Assembly (NCBI GenBank): GCA_902611415.1
Contig: CACLZM010000004.1
Span: 7,628 to 71,627 of the forward strand
DNA from: an uncultured Alphaproteobacteria bacterium
Lineage (GTDB): Bacteria; Pseudomonadota; Alphaproteobacteria; HIMB59
DNA: 64,000 nt
Direction of reading: 5' to 3'
Part shown: in pieces, positions 33,691 to 42,757 of the stretch
Layout: each line of letters begins with the position of its first letter
Numbering within the stretch: the stretch's first letter is position 1
The notes under the pieces: generated by a model
Database searches by the model: none
Told to the model about the DNA's origin: nothing
The model's input: the letters and a program-made list of their open reading frames with translations, nothing else
Translations under genes and position numbers: made by a program

Positions 33691-34161
33691 TTAAACGGTG
33701 TGATATTTGCTCTTATAATAAATAAGGGGTTTTTTGGTCTTAAATTTTATGCATTTTGTTATAAAACATATTATGATTGTATGATCACCTGATTTGACTT
33801 TTTTTTCAACTTTTGCTTCTAATAGGCCTAAAGACTCTGGAAAGAAAGGAACCTTATTATTTGCAATTTTATATTTTGTCTTAACCCATCTCCTCTCTAA
33901 TGATCCAGCAAATTTATTAGATAAATTAAGTTGAGATTTAGCTAAAAAATTTACATTTAAAGGACTATTTAATTTAAAACTTTTTAAATTTAAATTTTCA
34001 TTTCCAAGACAAAATAAAAACTTTGGAGGAGAGAGAGAAAGGCTTGAGAAAGAATTGACTGTACAACCAAAAAATTGTTTTCTATTTGTTCCATTTGTTA
34101 CAATCGTAATACCTGTGGAAAATAATGAGAAAACGGCCGTTAAATTTTTAATATTTTTCAT
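33691..34161 (-). CDS. Flavin reductase family protein
   Basis: TGITIVT, TVNSFSSLSLSPP, GDHTII; ATG at 34161, because the longer ORF runs through the tRNA. Confidence 0.88.
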   Translation of the reverse strand: MKNIKNLTAVFSLFSTGITIVTNGTNRKQFFGCTVNSFSSLSLSPPKFLFCLGNENLNLKSFKLNSPLNVNFLAKSQLNLSNKFAGSLERRWVKTKYKIANNKVPFFPESLGLLEAKVEKKVKSGDHTIIICFITKCIKFKTKKPLIYYKSKYHTV

Positions 34162-34176
34162 AGTTTTATGTTTTGT

Positions 34177-34262
34177 TGGTAGCGCTGGAGAGACTCGAAC
34201 TCTCATGAGGTTGCCCTCACCGGATTTTGAATCCGGCGCGTCTACCATTCCGCCACAACGCC
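34177..34262 (-). tRNA. tRNA-Leu(CAA)
   Basis: Reverse complement GGCGTTGTGGCGGAATGGTAGACGCGCCGGATTCAAAATCCGG...GTTCGAGTC...ACCA; anticodon CAA, long variable arm, encoded CCA. Confidence 0.96.
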
Positions 34263-34359
34263 TTAAAATAATCCTATTTACTTATATTATTAAGACAAAT
34301 TAGGCAAATTGATAACTAATTGTATATTTATTCAAATTTAAGAATAATATCTCGATACT

Positions 34360-34956
34360 TTGGAATACATTTACTTTATGGCGCCCATACTCACTTTTGC
34401 AATGACTGCTGCCATTACACCGGGACCTAATAATATAATTCTTTCAACAAACGCTGTTAATTATGGTTTTAAAGCAACAATTCCACTTATGTTAGGTGTC
34501 TTTTTTGGATTTTTATCAGTTTTAACTCTTTGCTTGTTAGGAATAGGAGAGATTTATGAAAACTATCCAAATTTTAAGAATTTTATAAAAATAGTAGCCA
34601 CGATCTTTTTAACTTATCTGGCTTATAAAATTTTTATTTCAACTGAATTTTCAGACAATAATAAAAAAAGAAGATTTACATTTAGAGATATATATTTTTT
34701 TCAATTAATAAATCCTAAAGCTGTAAGTGTTTCCATGTCTAGTTCTGCAATTTTTATACAAAATAAATTCTCATATTTAGAAGAATTTATTTTAATCTTT
34801 ATTTGTTTTATAATTTCAACATCAACTAGTGCTGTAGTTTGGGCCGCTATTGGACACTCATTTAGAAAATATCTTAATGATAAAAGAAAAATTATTTATT
34901 TTAATAGAGTCATGGCTCTATTATTACTAGGCTGTGTTTTTTATATAATTTTATGA
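34360..34956 (+). CDS. LysE family translocator
   Basis: ITPGPNN, FQLINPKA; multiple TM segments. Confidence 0.88.
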   Translation: MEYIYFMAPILTFAMTAAITPGPNNIILSTNAVNYGFKATIPLMLGVFFGFLSVLTLCLLGIGEIYENYPNFKNFIKIVATIFLTYLAYKIFISTEFSDNNKKRRFTFRDIYFFQLINPKAVSVSMSSSAIFIQNKFSYLEEFILIFICFIISTSTSAVVWAAIGHSFRKYLNDKRKIIYFNRVMALLLLGCVFYIIL

Positions 34957-36521
34957 CAATAAATTTATTTAAATTATTTTTCTTTTTATTAATTAGCTTC
35001 TTACTACTTACCCCTATAGCCTTAGTTATAACAAATGGTTTGAGTGCAATTTTTTTAACAAATGAGCTTTACATTAATAGATATTTAATTGGGTCTACTA
35101 AACTCATAGTAATGGTAAGTATTTTTACAACAATCATCAGTGTGCCATTAGCATGGATAAATACAATGACCGAATTTTGGGGGCGAAAATTTCTACAAAT
35201 ATTTGCAATACTACCTTTAGCAGTTCCAGCCTATATTTCAGCATATACTTATGCCGAAATTTTGGAGCCAGGTGGTTTTATAACTCTCAAATTTTTGTTT
35301 TATGATGGTTTCTCAATAAGAAATAGTATCGCGGCTTCGCTAATAATTTCTTTATCTTTTTTTCCATATGTTTATATCCTAACTAGGATTGCAATCATAA
35401 ATTTCTCCACAAGATATATAGAGGCTGCAAAAACTCTTGGTAAAAATCCCTATCAATGTTTTTTTAAAATTGGTTTACCCATGGCCCTTCCTGGAATAGC
35501 TGCAGGACTAGCATTAGTTTTGATGGAAACAGTCAATGATTTTGGTGTTGCAGATTTTTTTGGTTTACAAACACTTTCAGTGGGAGTTTTTCATTATATA
35601 GCGATATTAAATGATCTACCCTTAGCTTTCCTATTGGCCTTAATTATTATTTTAGTAATGGTTTTGTTATATCTTTTTGAGCAAAAATTAAGAGGTAAAA
35701 GGAAATTCAATAATAATACCTATGAAAATATTCAGTGGTCAAAATATAAATTAGGAAAGTTCATTGGAATAATTGCATTAATTTTAGGAGTCTTACCTAT
35801 TTTGTTTGGCTTTATTCTGCCTCTTATTTTTGTAATTTATACATTTTTTAATAATTTAAATTTTATTGATTTTAGTAACTATTTTACCTCACTATATAAT
35901 TCAATTTTGCTTGGAGTTATTGCTGGAATTGGATGTGCTATCATCTCAGTATTTATTAGTTTTTACTCAAGATTCACTACTAAAAATCACATTTCATATT
36001 ACAAAAAAATAATAAACATTGGGTATGCAATACCAGGTGTGGTAATAGCTTTAGGAGTGCTTTTCTTTTTATTTTATTTTGATCGATTAACAACATTATC
36101 TTTGTCTACTACTTTATTGGGCTTGTCTTTAGCTCTAATAACTAGATTAATTGCTCTATCAAATAATTCTTTAGACTCAGGGATTGAAAAAATTGGAAAA
36201 TCAATTGATGATGCTTCAAGATTAATTGGAAGAAGATCGTCAACAACATATTTTCGAATAATTTTACCTCAGGTAAAGTTAAGTATAATAGCAGGATTTT
36301 TTTTAGTATTTGTCGATACTGTAAAAGAGTTACCTATTACTTTACTACTAAGACCTTTTAATTTTGATACACTTGCTACTAGCCTTTACGAATATTCATC
36401 AAATGAAATGTTTGAGTATGGAAGTTTGCATGCTTTAACAATTATTTGTTTTCTTTCTATCGTTATTTATTTGTTCGATAACGTGCTAGAAAAAAGAATG
36501 TTGTCAAAGACGAAAAAATAA
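34953..36521 (+). CDS. Fe(III)-type ABC transporter permease (FbpB/SfuB family)
   Basis: Two permease repeats with EAA loops; PLAVPAY, METVNDFG, KELPITLLLRPFNFDTLA. Confidence 0.88.
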   Translation: MTINLFKLFFFLLISFLLLTPIALVITNGLSAIFLTNELYINRYLIGSTKLIVMVSIFTTIISVPLAWINTMTEFWGRKFLQIFAILPLAVPAYISAYTYAEILEPGGFITLKFLFYDGFSIRNSIAASLIISLSFFPYVYILTRIAIINFSTRYIEAAKTLGKNPYQCFFKIGLPMALPGIAAGLALVLMETVNDFGVADFFGLQTLSVGVFHYIAILNDLPLAFLLALIIILVMVLLYLFEQKLRGKRKFNNNTYENIQWSKYKLGKFIGIIALILGVLPILFGFILPLIFVIYTFFNNLNFIDFSNYFTSLYNSILLGVIAGIGCAIISVFISFYSRFTTKNHISYYKKIINIGYAIPGVVIALGVLFFLFYFDRLTTLSLSTTLLGLSLALITRLIALSNNSLDSGIEKIGKSIDDASRLIGRRSSTTYFRIILPQVKLSIIAGFFLVFVDTVKELPITLLLRPFNFDTLATSLYEYSSNEMFEYGSLHALTIICFLSIVIYLFDNVLEKRMLSKTKK

Positions 36522-36929
36522 TTATTTAAATTTTTTCATTAACTTTAATGTTTCATCACTAACGTGATGCTCAATACCTTCACTGTCATTCTCTGCAGTC
36601 TTTCTGGAAACACCTAACTTAATTAAGAAATTATAAACAATTTCATGCTTTTGTTTTGACTGTGTGGCTAATTTCTCTCCCTTTTCTGTCAAAAAAATCG
36701 AACGGTAAGGTTCAGATTTTGCTAAGTTAAAACTTATTAAACGCTTCAAATTTTTATTAACAGTAGCTTGTGACACACCAAAATGTTGAGCTAAATCAGC
36801 ATTTTTGACATCACCTTTATTTTGTAAAATTTCTTGAATAGCCTCAACATAATCCTCTAGTATTTCATTCTTATTTTGGCTTCTGATATTTGAAAATTGA
36901 TATGGCTCACTAGATCTAGTGTTTTTCAT
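36522..36929 (-). CDS. mntR: DtxR/MntR family manganese-dependent repressor
   Basis: EDYVEAI, HTH (GVSQATV), HEIV, DSEGIEHHVS. Confidence 0.92.
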   Translation of the reverse strand: MKNTRSSEPYQFSNIRSQNKNEILEDYVEAIQEILQNKGDVKNADLAQHFGVSQATVNKNLKRLISFNLAKSEPYRSIFLTEKGEKLATQSKQKHEIVYNFLIKLGVSRKTAENDSEGIEHHVSDETLKLMKKFK

Positions 36930-36974
36930 AGCTGGTTCAATCTATTTTGTTAACAATTAAAAGTAAAGAATTGT

Positions 36975-37002
36975 TTGACTAATATTTAGTTATATCTATA
37001 TT
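36975..37002 (+). promoter_or_regulatory. Sigma70-like promoter of the metal transporter gene
   Basis: TTGACT (36975-36980), 16-bp spacer, TATATT (36997-37002). Confidence 0.55.
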
Positions 37003-37003
37003 G

Positions 37004-37019
37004 TTTAGCCTAGGCTAAA
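37004..37019. promoter_or_regulatory. Putative MntR operator
   Basis: Perfect 16-bp palindrome TTTAGCCT-AGGCTAAA between the -10 box and the ATG, divergent from mntR. Confidence 0.75.
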
Positions 37020-37022
37020 AAT

Positions 37023-38150
37023 ATGACAGAGTTAGTATTAGAATTAAGTAGAAAATTTCAATATTTAAGATTTTCAAAAATTTTCCTCTTTATATGTATT
37101 CTCCTTCTTTTATTTTCTGAACAGACTAGAAGTATTTTAATTTCATCATCGAGTGACGCCTACGTAGCTGTAACTAGCTTTGTTGGAGTGACACTTCTTC
37201 TATTTGTTATTCTTGAAAAGAGAAATTTTAATTTACAAAAATTAATTTTACAAAATAAGAAGTTTGAAATTCCCATTTGCTCTATGTTAGGAGTTATACC
37301 TGGTTGTGGTGGAGCAATAATGGTAATGAGCTTATTCACTAGAAAAGTAGTTTCGTTTGGAGGTGTGCTCGCAGCACTTATTAGTACTATGGGCGATGCA
37401 GCTTTTCTTCTCATTGCAACAAAACCTCAGGCTGCTTTAATCATACTACCAGTAACTTTTATTGTTGGCATAATATCTGGATATATTGCTCAACCTTTTA
37501 CAAAAAATTTTCTACAAAATAAAATTAATAAGAATATAAATACGACACATTTACCTAAAAACAAAATTTCAAATAAGTTTTATTATATTTGGTTTTTATT
37601 TTTAGCTCCTGGATTTATTTTGGGAATGTTAAATGCTTTTAACATTGAACTAAACTTTAATTTTATTGGAATTAATGTGTTTGAAGCAATGGCATTTATT
37701 TTGGCGATATACTGTGTCTTGTTGTGGGTTTTAAATCCATTAACAGATATTCAAATGGCTTCAATACACGAAAACTCCTATAGAAAAGTTGCAGATACAA
37801 CTTGCTTTGTTACTGTTTGGGTCATTATTTCATTTGTTGTCTACGAATTAATAGATCTATCAACTAATGGTTTAATATTTGAGTCATTAATACTATTTGG
37901 TCCTTTTATTCCTCTTATGGCTATACTAATTGGTTTTATTCCTGGCTGTGGTCCTCAAATTATGATCACATCCATGTATGTAAGTGGTCAAATTCCTATG
38001 TCCGCACAAATAGGAAACTCTATATCTAACGATGGTGATGCACTTTTCCCTGCGATAGCTATATCTGCAAAGGCAGCAATAGTTGCTACACTCTACAGTG
38101 CGATCCCAGCTATTATAATTGCTTATCTCTGGTATTACCTTATAGGTTAA
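37023..38150 (+). CDS. Putative manganese transporter (DUF2899/MntX-like, ~10 TM)
   Basis: Internal duplication with two IPGCG motifs, TMGDAAF and SNDGDALFP; divergent from mntR. Confidence 0.8.
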   Translation: MTELVLELSRKFQYLRFSKIFLFICILLLLFSEQTRSILISSSSDAYVAVTSFVGVTLLLFVILEKRNFNLQKLILQNKKFEIPICSMLGVIPGCGGAIMVMSLFTRKVVSFGGVLAALISTMGDAAFLLIATKPQAALIILPVTFIVGIISGYIAQPFTKNFLQNKINKNINTTHLPKNKISNKFYYIWFLFLAPGFILGMLNAFNIELNFNFIGINVFEAMAFILAIYCVLLWVLNPLTDIQMASIHENSYRKVADTTCFVTVWVIISFVVYELIDLSTNGLIFESLILFGPFIPLMAILIGFIPGCGPQIMITSMYVSGQIPMSAQIGNSISNDGDALFPAIAISAKAAIVATLYSAIPAIIIAYLWYYLIG

Positions 38151-38173
38151 ATACTAAATATTAATTAATCAAT

Positions 38174-38743
38174 ATGATTTGGAAGAATTTACATATATAT
38201 GTTGAAAAAAAATCTAAATCAAAATATTCACAATATTTTTTATCTTTAGTTGCTTTTATAGAAAGTATTTTTTTTCCAATTCCTCCAGATTTAATTTTAA
38301 TACCGGTTGTTTATTTTAATCCTAAAAATTTTTTTGCAACTGCACTGAATTGTACGATATTTTCAGTCATTGGAGGCGCTTTTGGATATATCATAGGGTA
38401 TTTCATTTTTGATATTGTCCAAACTTATTTTGATATAAGCAAGCAGGGTGAATTTATGAATTTCTATAATGATTGGGGTATTTTTGCAGTTTTTTTGGGT
38501 GGTTTTACACCTATACCTTACAAAGTTATAGCTTTAACAAGTGGATATGCTCAATTTAATTTTATCTATTTTATACTCCTTTCATTGTTATCTAGGGGGT
38601 TGAGGTTTTTTATTATTGCTTTTATCATTAAAAAATTTGGGAAATTAGGTATGGAAATTTTACAAAAAAATAAACTATTAATTTTTATAATCATACCTCT
38701 TGGAATAGTATTTTTTATTTATTTATTTTTTTATCATGATTAA
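38174..38743 (+). CDS. YqaA/DedA family membrane protein
   Basis: FIESIFFPIPPD, GFTPIPYK, SRGLRF. Confidence 0.88.
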   Translation: MIWKNLHIYVEKKSKSKYSQYFLSLVAFIESIFFPIPPDLILIPVVYFNPKNFFATALNCTIFSVIGGAFGYIIGYFIFDIVQTYFDISKQGEFMNFYNDWGIFAVFLGGFTPIPYKVIALTSGYAQFNFIYFILLSLLSRGLRFFIIAFIIKKFGKLGMEILQKNKLLIFIIIPLGIVFFIYLFFYHD

Positions 38744-39206
38744 ACAAACTAGTATTTTATTTCTCGTTTTTTTGTTTTCACTTGTAGCTGTCTCTTTTGC
38801 TTTTATATTACAATATGCATATGGTCATAGCCCATGTAAATTGTGTGTATATCAACGAGTTCCATATTATTCAATTTTGATATTGGGTTTATTATATTTT
38901 TTGATTAAGAGATATTTCAATTTAATTTATATATTACTAACTATCTTGCTTATTATTGAATTAGGAATTTCCGGCTATCATTCTCTGACAACATTTGAAA
39001 TCATTGAGTACACCGGATGTGAAGCTGCCACGCTTCCAAATGATATTACAAAATTAAAAGAAGAATTAATGTCTAACACATTAATTACCACATGCTCTGA
39101 TGCAAACTTACCTTACTTTGGTATTCCATTATCAGTTTATAACTTCTTGTTTTCAATGACTTTTCTGTTATTAATTATTTTCAATGCCTACAAAAAAGAA
39201 AAATAA
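38736..39206 (+). CDS. dsbB: DsbB-family disulfide bond formation protein
   Basis: PCKLCVYQR plus a second Cys pair; 4 TM. Confidence 0.85.
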   Translation: MIKQTSILFLVFLFSLVAVSFAFILQYAYGHSPCKLCVYQRVPYYSILILGLLYFLIKRYFNLIYILLTILLIIELGISGYHSLTTFEIIEYTGCEAATLPNDITKLKEELMSNTLITTCSDANLPYFGIPLSVYNFLFSMTFLLLIIFNAYKKEK

Positions 39207-39741
39207 ATCACTGAGCGGTGAAGATAAAAAATTAATTGAAGAAATTATCAGAGTTGATCACGCAGGTGAGCATGGAGCAACGCAAATATATCGAGGACAA
39301 TTAGCTATTTTTAAAGAAAACACAGAATTTGGTAAAGAAATTAAGGAAATGGCTGACCAAGAAGAAATCCACAAATCTACTTTTGATGAGTACATAGTAA
39401 AAGAGAATGTAAAACCAACCGCTTTATTTCCATTTTGGAATTTAGCAGGTTATGCCCTTGGATTAGGCACTGCATTAATGGGGAAAAAAGCTGCAATGGC
39501 ATGCACCGTTGCTGTTGAGGAGGTCATTGGTCAACACTATGAGGAACAAGCCAAGGAACTATCTAAAAGAAAGTTAAAACCAGATTTATTGAAGACTGTA
39601 AAAAAGTTTAGAGAAGATGAATTAGAACACCATGATACAGGCGTTGAGCACCAAGCAGAAATGACAACTGGATATGTTCTTTTATCCAAGACAATAAAGC
39701 AGTTATGCTATACTGCGATTAAAATAACTAAAAAATATTAA
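39184..39741 (+). CDS. coq7: Demethoxyubiquinone hydroxylase
   Basis: IRVDHAGE, ACTVAVEE, REDELEH di-iron motifs. Confidence 0.93.
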   Translation: MPTKKKNKSLSGEDKKLIEEIIRVDHAGEHGATQIYRGQLAIFKENTEFGKEIKEMADQEEIHKSTFDEYIVKENVKPTALFPFWNLAGYALGLGTALMGKKAAMACTVAVEEVIGQHYEEQAKELSKRKLKPDLLKTVKKFREDELEHHDTGVEHQAEMTTGYVLLSKTIKQLCYTAIKITKKY

Positions 39742-40298
39742 TCCTTCTCTAAGACACTATCCCAATATAAATAATCTCTCCAACTCGAATGAAGATAATC
39801 AGAAGGGAAATTTTTACTTTTTAATCTTAAAGAATATTGAGAGGGTTCTTTAGGTTTTCTGATCAATTTAAAACCAACTTGACTTAAATCCCTACTTCCT
39901 TTGGTCCAATTACATTTTGAACATGCAGTCACAACGTTCTCCCAATTTGTCAATCCACCTTTTGAACGAGGTATCAAATGATCGAAAGTTAATTCTTTTG
40001 TTGAAAATTTATCATTACAATATTGACATGTGAAATCATCTCTCAAAAAAACATTAAATCTTGTAAATGCAGGTTTATGACTGTGTGGTATGTAATCTTT
40101 GAGTGCGATAATGCTAGGGAGTTTTATTTCAAATGATGGGGATGAAACTTTTTGATCATATTCTTCAACTATATTAACTCTATCAAGAAAAACTGCTTTT
40201 ACCGTATCTTTCCAACTCCATATGGATAAGGGGAAATAGCTAAGTGGCCGGTAATCCGCATTTAATACTAACGATGGACAATGATTCGAGTTAATCAT
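39738..40298 (-). CDS. HNH endonuclease (conserved alphaproteobacterial type)
   Basis: LVLNADYRP, CQYC, TFDHLIPRSKGG, WENVVTACSKCN. Confidence 0.9.
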   Translation of the reverse strand: MINSNHCPSLVLNADYRPLSYFPLSIWSWKDTVKAVFLDRVNIVEEYDQKVSSPSFEIKLPSIIALKDYIPHSHKPAFTRFNVFLRDDFTCQYCNDKFSTKELTFDHLIPRSKGGLTNWENVVTACSKCNWTKGSRDLSQVGFKLIRKPKEPSQYSLRLKSKNFPSDYLHSSWRDYLYWDSVLEKD

Positions 40299-40343
40299 GA
40301 TTTAATATTAACATATCCAAAAAAGAATATGTTTAATAGTTTA

Positions 40344-40945
40344 TTAATTCCAGTGTTCATACAGCTTGTTAATCTCATCTAAAGCAATTTGGCTAATTGA
40401 ATGTGCACAGTTATCATCTAAAACTAGTTTACTAGAAAATTTTTTTGATTCCAAAAACGAATTTGTCTCAACTGCCCTATTAAATGGTACGACATCGTCC
40501 ATTTTTCCATGAAAAATTAAAAAACTAGATTTAATTTCAGATATTTTCAAATCATTTAAAATTTCTTTTGGCAATGATCCTGATAATGAAATGATACTGT
40601 GAAAATTTAAATTTTTTTGTAGAGCATAATATGTCGCCAACATAGAGCCTTGAGAGAAACCAATGATAGAAATCTGAGTTTCATCAACAGCGTGGTCGTG
40701 AATTATTTTTCAATTATTTTTTCAAGATGAAAGAAGGCGGATTTTAGGCCTTCTTTTAATTCTTCAATTGATCTTTCTTTTAATGGAAACCACTGATACC
40801 CAAAATAATTGAATTCACAGGGCTCCGGGGCATTAGGAGATATAAACTCAGTTTCTTCTTTTTCCAAAGAAATATAATCTTTTAAGGATATTAGGTCATT
40901 TCCATTAGATCCATAACCATGCAAAAATAATACTATTTTCTTCAT
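40344..40945 (-). pseudogene. Phospholipase/carboxylesterase (alpha/beta hydrolase) split by a 1-nt frameshift
   Basis: First frame has LHGYGSNG and QWF; second frame has GFSQG, HGKMDDVVP and HSI. Adding one base in the run at 40706-40710 restores a 200-aa ORF. Confidence 0.8.
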
Positions 40946-41002
40946 CAATTCTTCTTAAATTTAATAATTAGACATTTATAGATAATTTGATAACTATTTA
41001 CC

Positions 41003-41203
41003 ATGTTTTCATCTACTGTATTGCCTTTTGTTTTAGTTGTATCCATGATTTTAGCTCTTCTCATGGTTGTAATTGGTGTAATAGCTATGGCTAAGAATGG
41101 AAGTTTTAATAAAAAACACAGTAACAAACTTATGCGAATGAGAGTATTGTTTCAAGGTATTGCTGTTTTAGTATTCGCTGCGATAATATATTTATCAAGA
41201 TAA
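41003..41203 (+). CDS. Twin-TM small protein (HIG1-like)
   Basis: SNKLMRMRVLFQ motif. Confidence 0.85.
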   Translation: MFSSTVLPFVLVVSMILALLMVVIGVIAMAKNGSFNKKHSNKLMRMRVLFQGIAVLVFAAIIYLSR

Positions 41204-41219
41204 TTTAATTACTAAAATC

Positions 41220-42611
41220 ATGAATAAGAAAAGTAAAATACTATCAACCACAATTAATAAAAGCACTTCCAGTTTAATGGATGATTTTAATAGCTCAATT
41301 GATATTGATAAAAGATTAATTGAAGAGGATATTGCTGTTACAAATGCACATGTAAAAGCTTTAGTAAAACTAAAAGTTATTTCAAAAAAAGAAGCTCTTA
41401 CTATTCAAAAAGGATTAAATTCAATATTGAATGATAATAAAAAAGGTAAACTAAAATTTTCAAAAAAAAATGAGGATATTCATATGAATGTAGAGTCTTT
41501 CCTCAATAAAAAAATAGGTAATGTAGCTAATAAGATACATACTGGAAGGTCTCGTAATGATCAGGTAGCAACTGATACTAGATTATGGACAATTAAAGCC
41601 TCCAAAAATTTACAAGAAGAAATCAAGAATTTAATGAAGTCTATTTTAAATCAAGCTCATGGAAATGAAAAAACTATTATTCCTGGATTTACTCATTTGC
41701 AAGTGGCACAACCTGTATCTTTGGCTCATCACCTAATTGCATATTTAGAGATGTTTAAAAGAGACTTAAATTATTTTGATTTTTGTATAAATAACAGCGA
41801 TGAAAATGTATTAGGCAGTGCTGCTTTAGCAGGTAGTAATTATAACTTAGATATAGATTTACTAAATAAAAGTTTACATTTTTCAAAATCTAAAAATAAT
41901 TCTATGGATGGTGTAAGTGATCGTGATTTTTGCATGTATTTTCTACATGCTAGTTCTTTAACTGCGACGCATTTAAGTAAATTATCATCTGAGCTAATTT
42001 TATGGTCAAGTAATTTCATGAAGTTATTTAATATAAGTAGTGAGTATTCTACAGGTAGTTCCATAATGCCTCAAAAAAGAAATCCTGACTCTTTAGAACT
42101 TGTAAGATCAAAAACGAATAGCATTAGAATTAAGTCAATAGAACTCTCAAATATCATTTCAAACCTTCCTTTAACTTATTTTAAAGATTTTCAGGAGGAT
42201 AAAAGGATAATATTTGAATGTTATGATGAGTTAATAAGCTGTATTAAAATTATGGAAGAAGTTATAAAAAAATCTAATTTTGAAAAATCTATTGGAAGAG
42301 ATTTATGCAATAATTATTTTGCTACAGCTACAGATTTAGCAGACTATCTAGTTATAGAAAAGAAAATACCTTTCAGAGACTCTTATAAAATTATTGCTGA
42401 TATAGTAAATTATGCTCAGAAAAAAAATAAAAATCTCTCACAAATAAAAATTGATGAATACCAAAAATTTCAAAAATCAATTGATAAAAATATTTATAAA
42501 TACGTTGATATAAATAACAGTCTTTCAAGAAAAAAAACACCCATGAGCTCTAATCCAAAAGATGTTTCTAGAGTGATTAAAAAATATATTAAATTTCTTA
42601 GAGTAAGATGA
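41220..42611 (+). CDS. argH: Argininosuccinate lyase
   Basis: EDIH, HTGRSRNDQV, PGFTHLQ, GSSIMPQKRNPD. Confidence 0.97.
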   Translation: MNKKSKILSTTINKSTSSLMDDFNSSIDIDKRLIEEDIAVTNAHVKALVKLKVISKKEALTIQKGLNSILNDNKKGKLKFSKKNEDIHMNVESFLNKKIGNVANKIHTGRSRNDQVATDTRLWTIKASKNLQEEIKNLMKSILNQAHGNEKTIIPGFTHLQVAQPVSLAHHLIAYLEMFKRDLNYFDFCINNSDENVLGSAALAGSNYNLDIDLLNKSLHFSKSKNNSMDGVSDRDFCMYFLHASSLTATHLSKLSSELILWSSNFMKLFNISSEYSTGSSIMPQKRNPDSLELVRSKTNSIRIKSIELSNIISNLPLTYFKDFQEDKRIIFECYDELISCIKIMEEVIKKSNFEKSIGRDLCNNYFATATDLADYLVIEKKIPFRDSYKIIADIVNYAQKKNKNLSQIKIDEYQKFQKSIDKNIYKYVDINNSLSRKKTPMSSNPKDVSRVIKKYIKFLRVR

Positions 42612-42757
42612 TTAAGTTTTTATTAATAATATTATTACCAATATTTATCATTGGCTGTGGAAACCAAAAACCTAATAAATTACCAGAGGGTGTTGTAGAC
42701 AAATCTCTATATCCATTTCCTCCAAATGATGACTATGATTACCCTGAGAGCGAATAA
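42608..42757 (+). CDS. 49-aa lipoprotein (LptM/YifL/LppL-like), absent from ORF track
   Basis: MIKFLLIILLPIFIIGCGNQKPNKLPEGVVDKSLYPFPPNDDYDYPESE*. Lipobox IIGC; ATGA overlap with argH and TAATG overlap with lysA. Confidence 0.75.
   Translation: MIKFLLIILLPIFIIGCGNQKPNKLPEGVVDKSLYPFPPNDDYDYPESE

Noticed and set aside
34162-34303. ORFs spanning tRNA-Leu (extended flavin reductase and 34055-34303 +)
   Set aside because: These are read-through translations of the tRNA gene or antisense shadows.
39738-40298. HNH nuclease as a mobile or defence element
   Set aside because: Looks like the widespread chromosomal alphaproteobacterial HNH protein, in core context with no mobile signatures.
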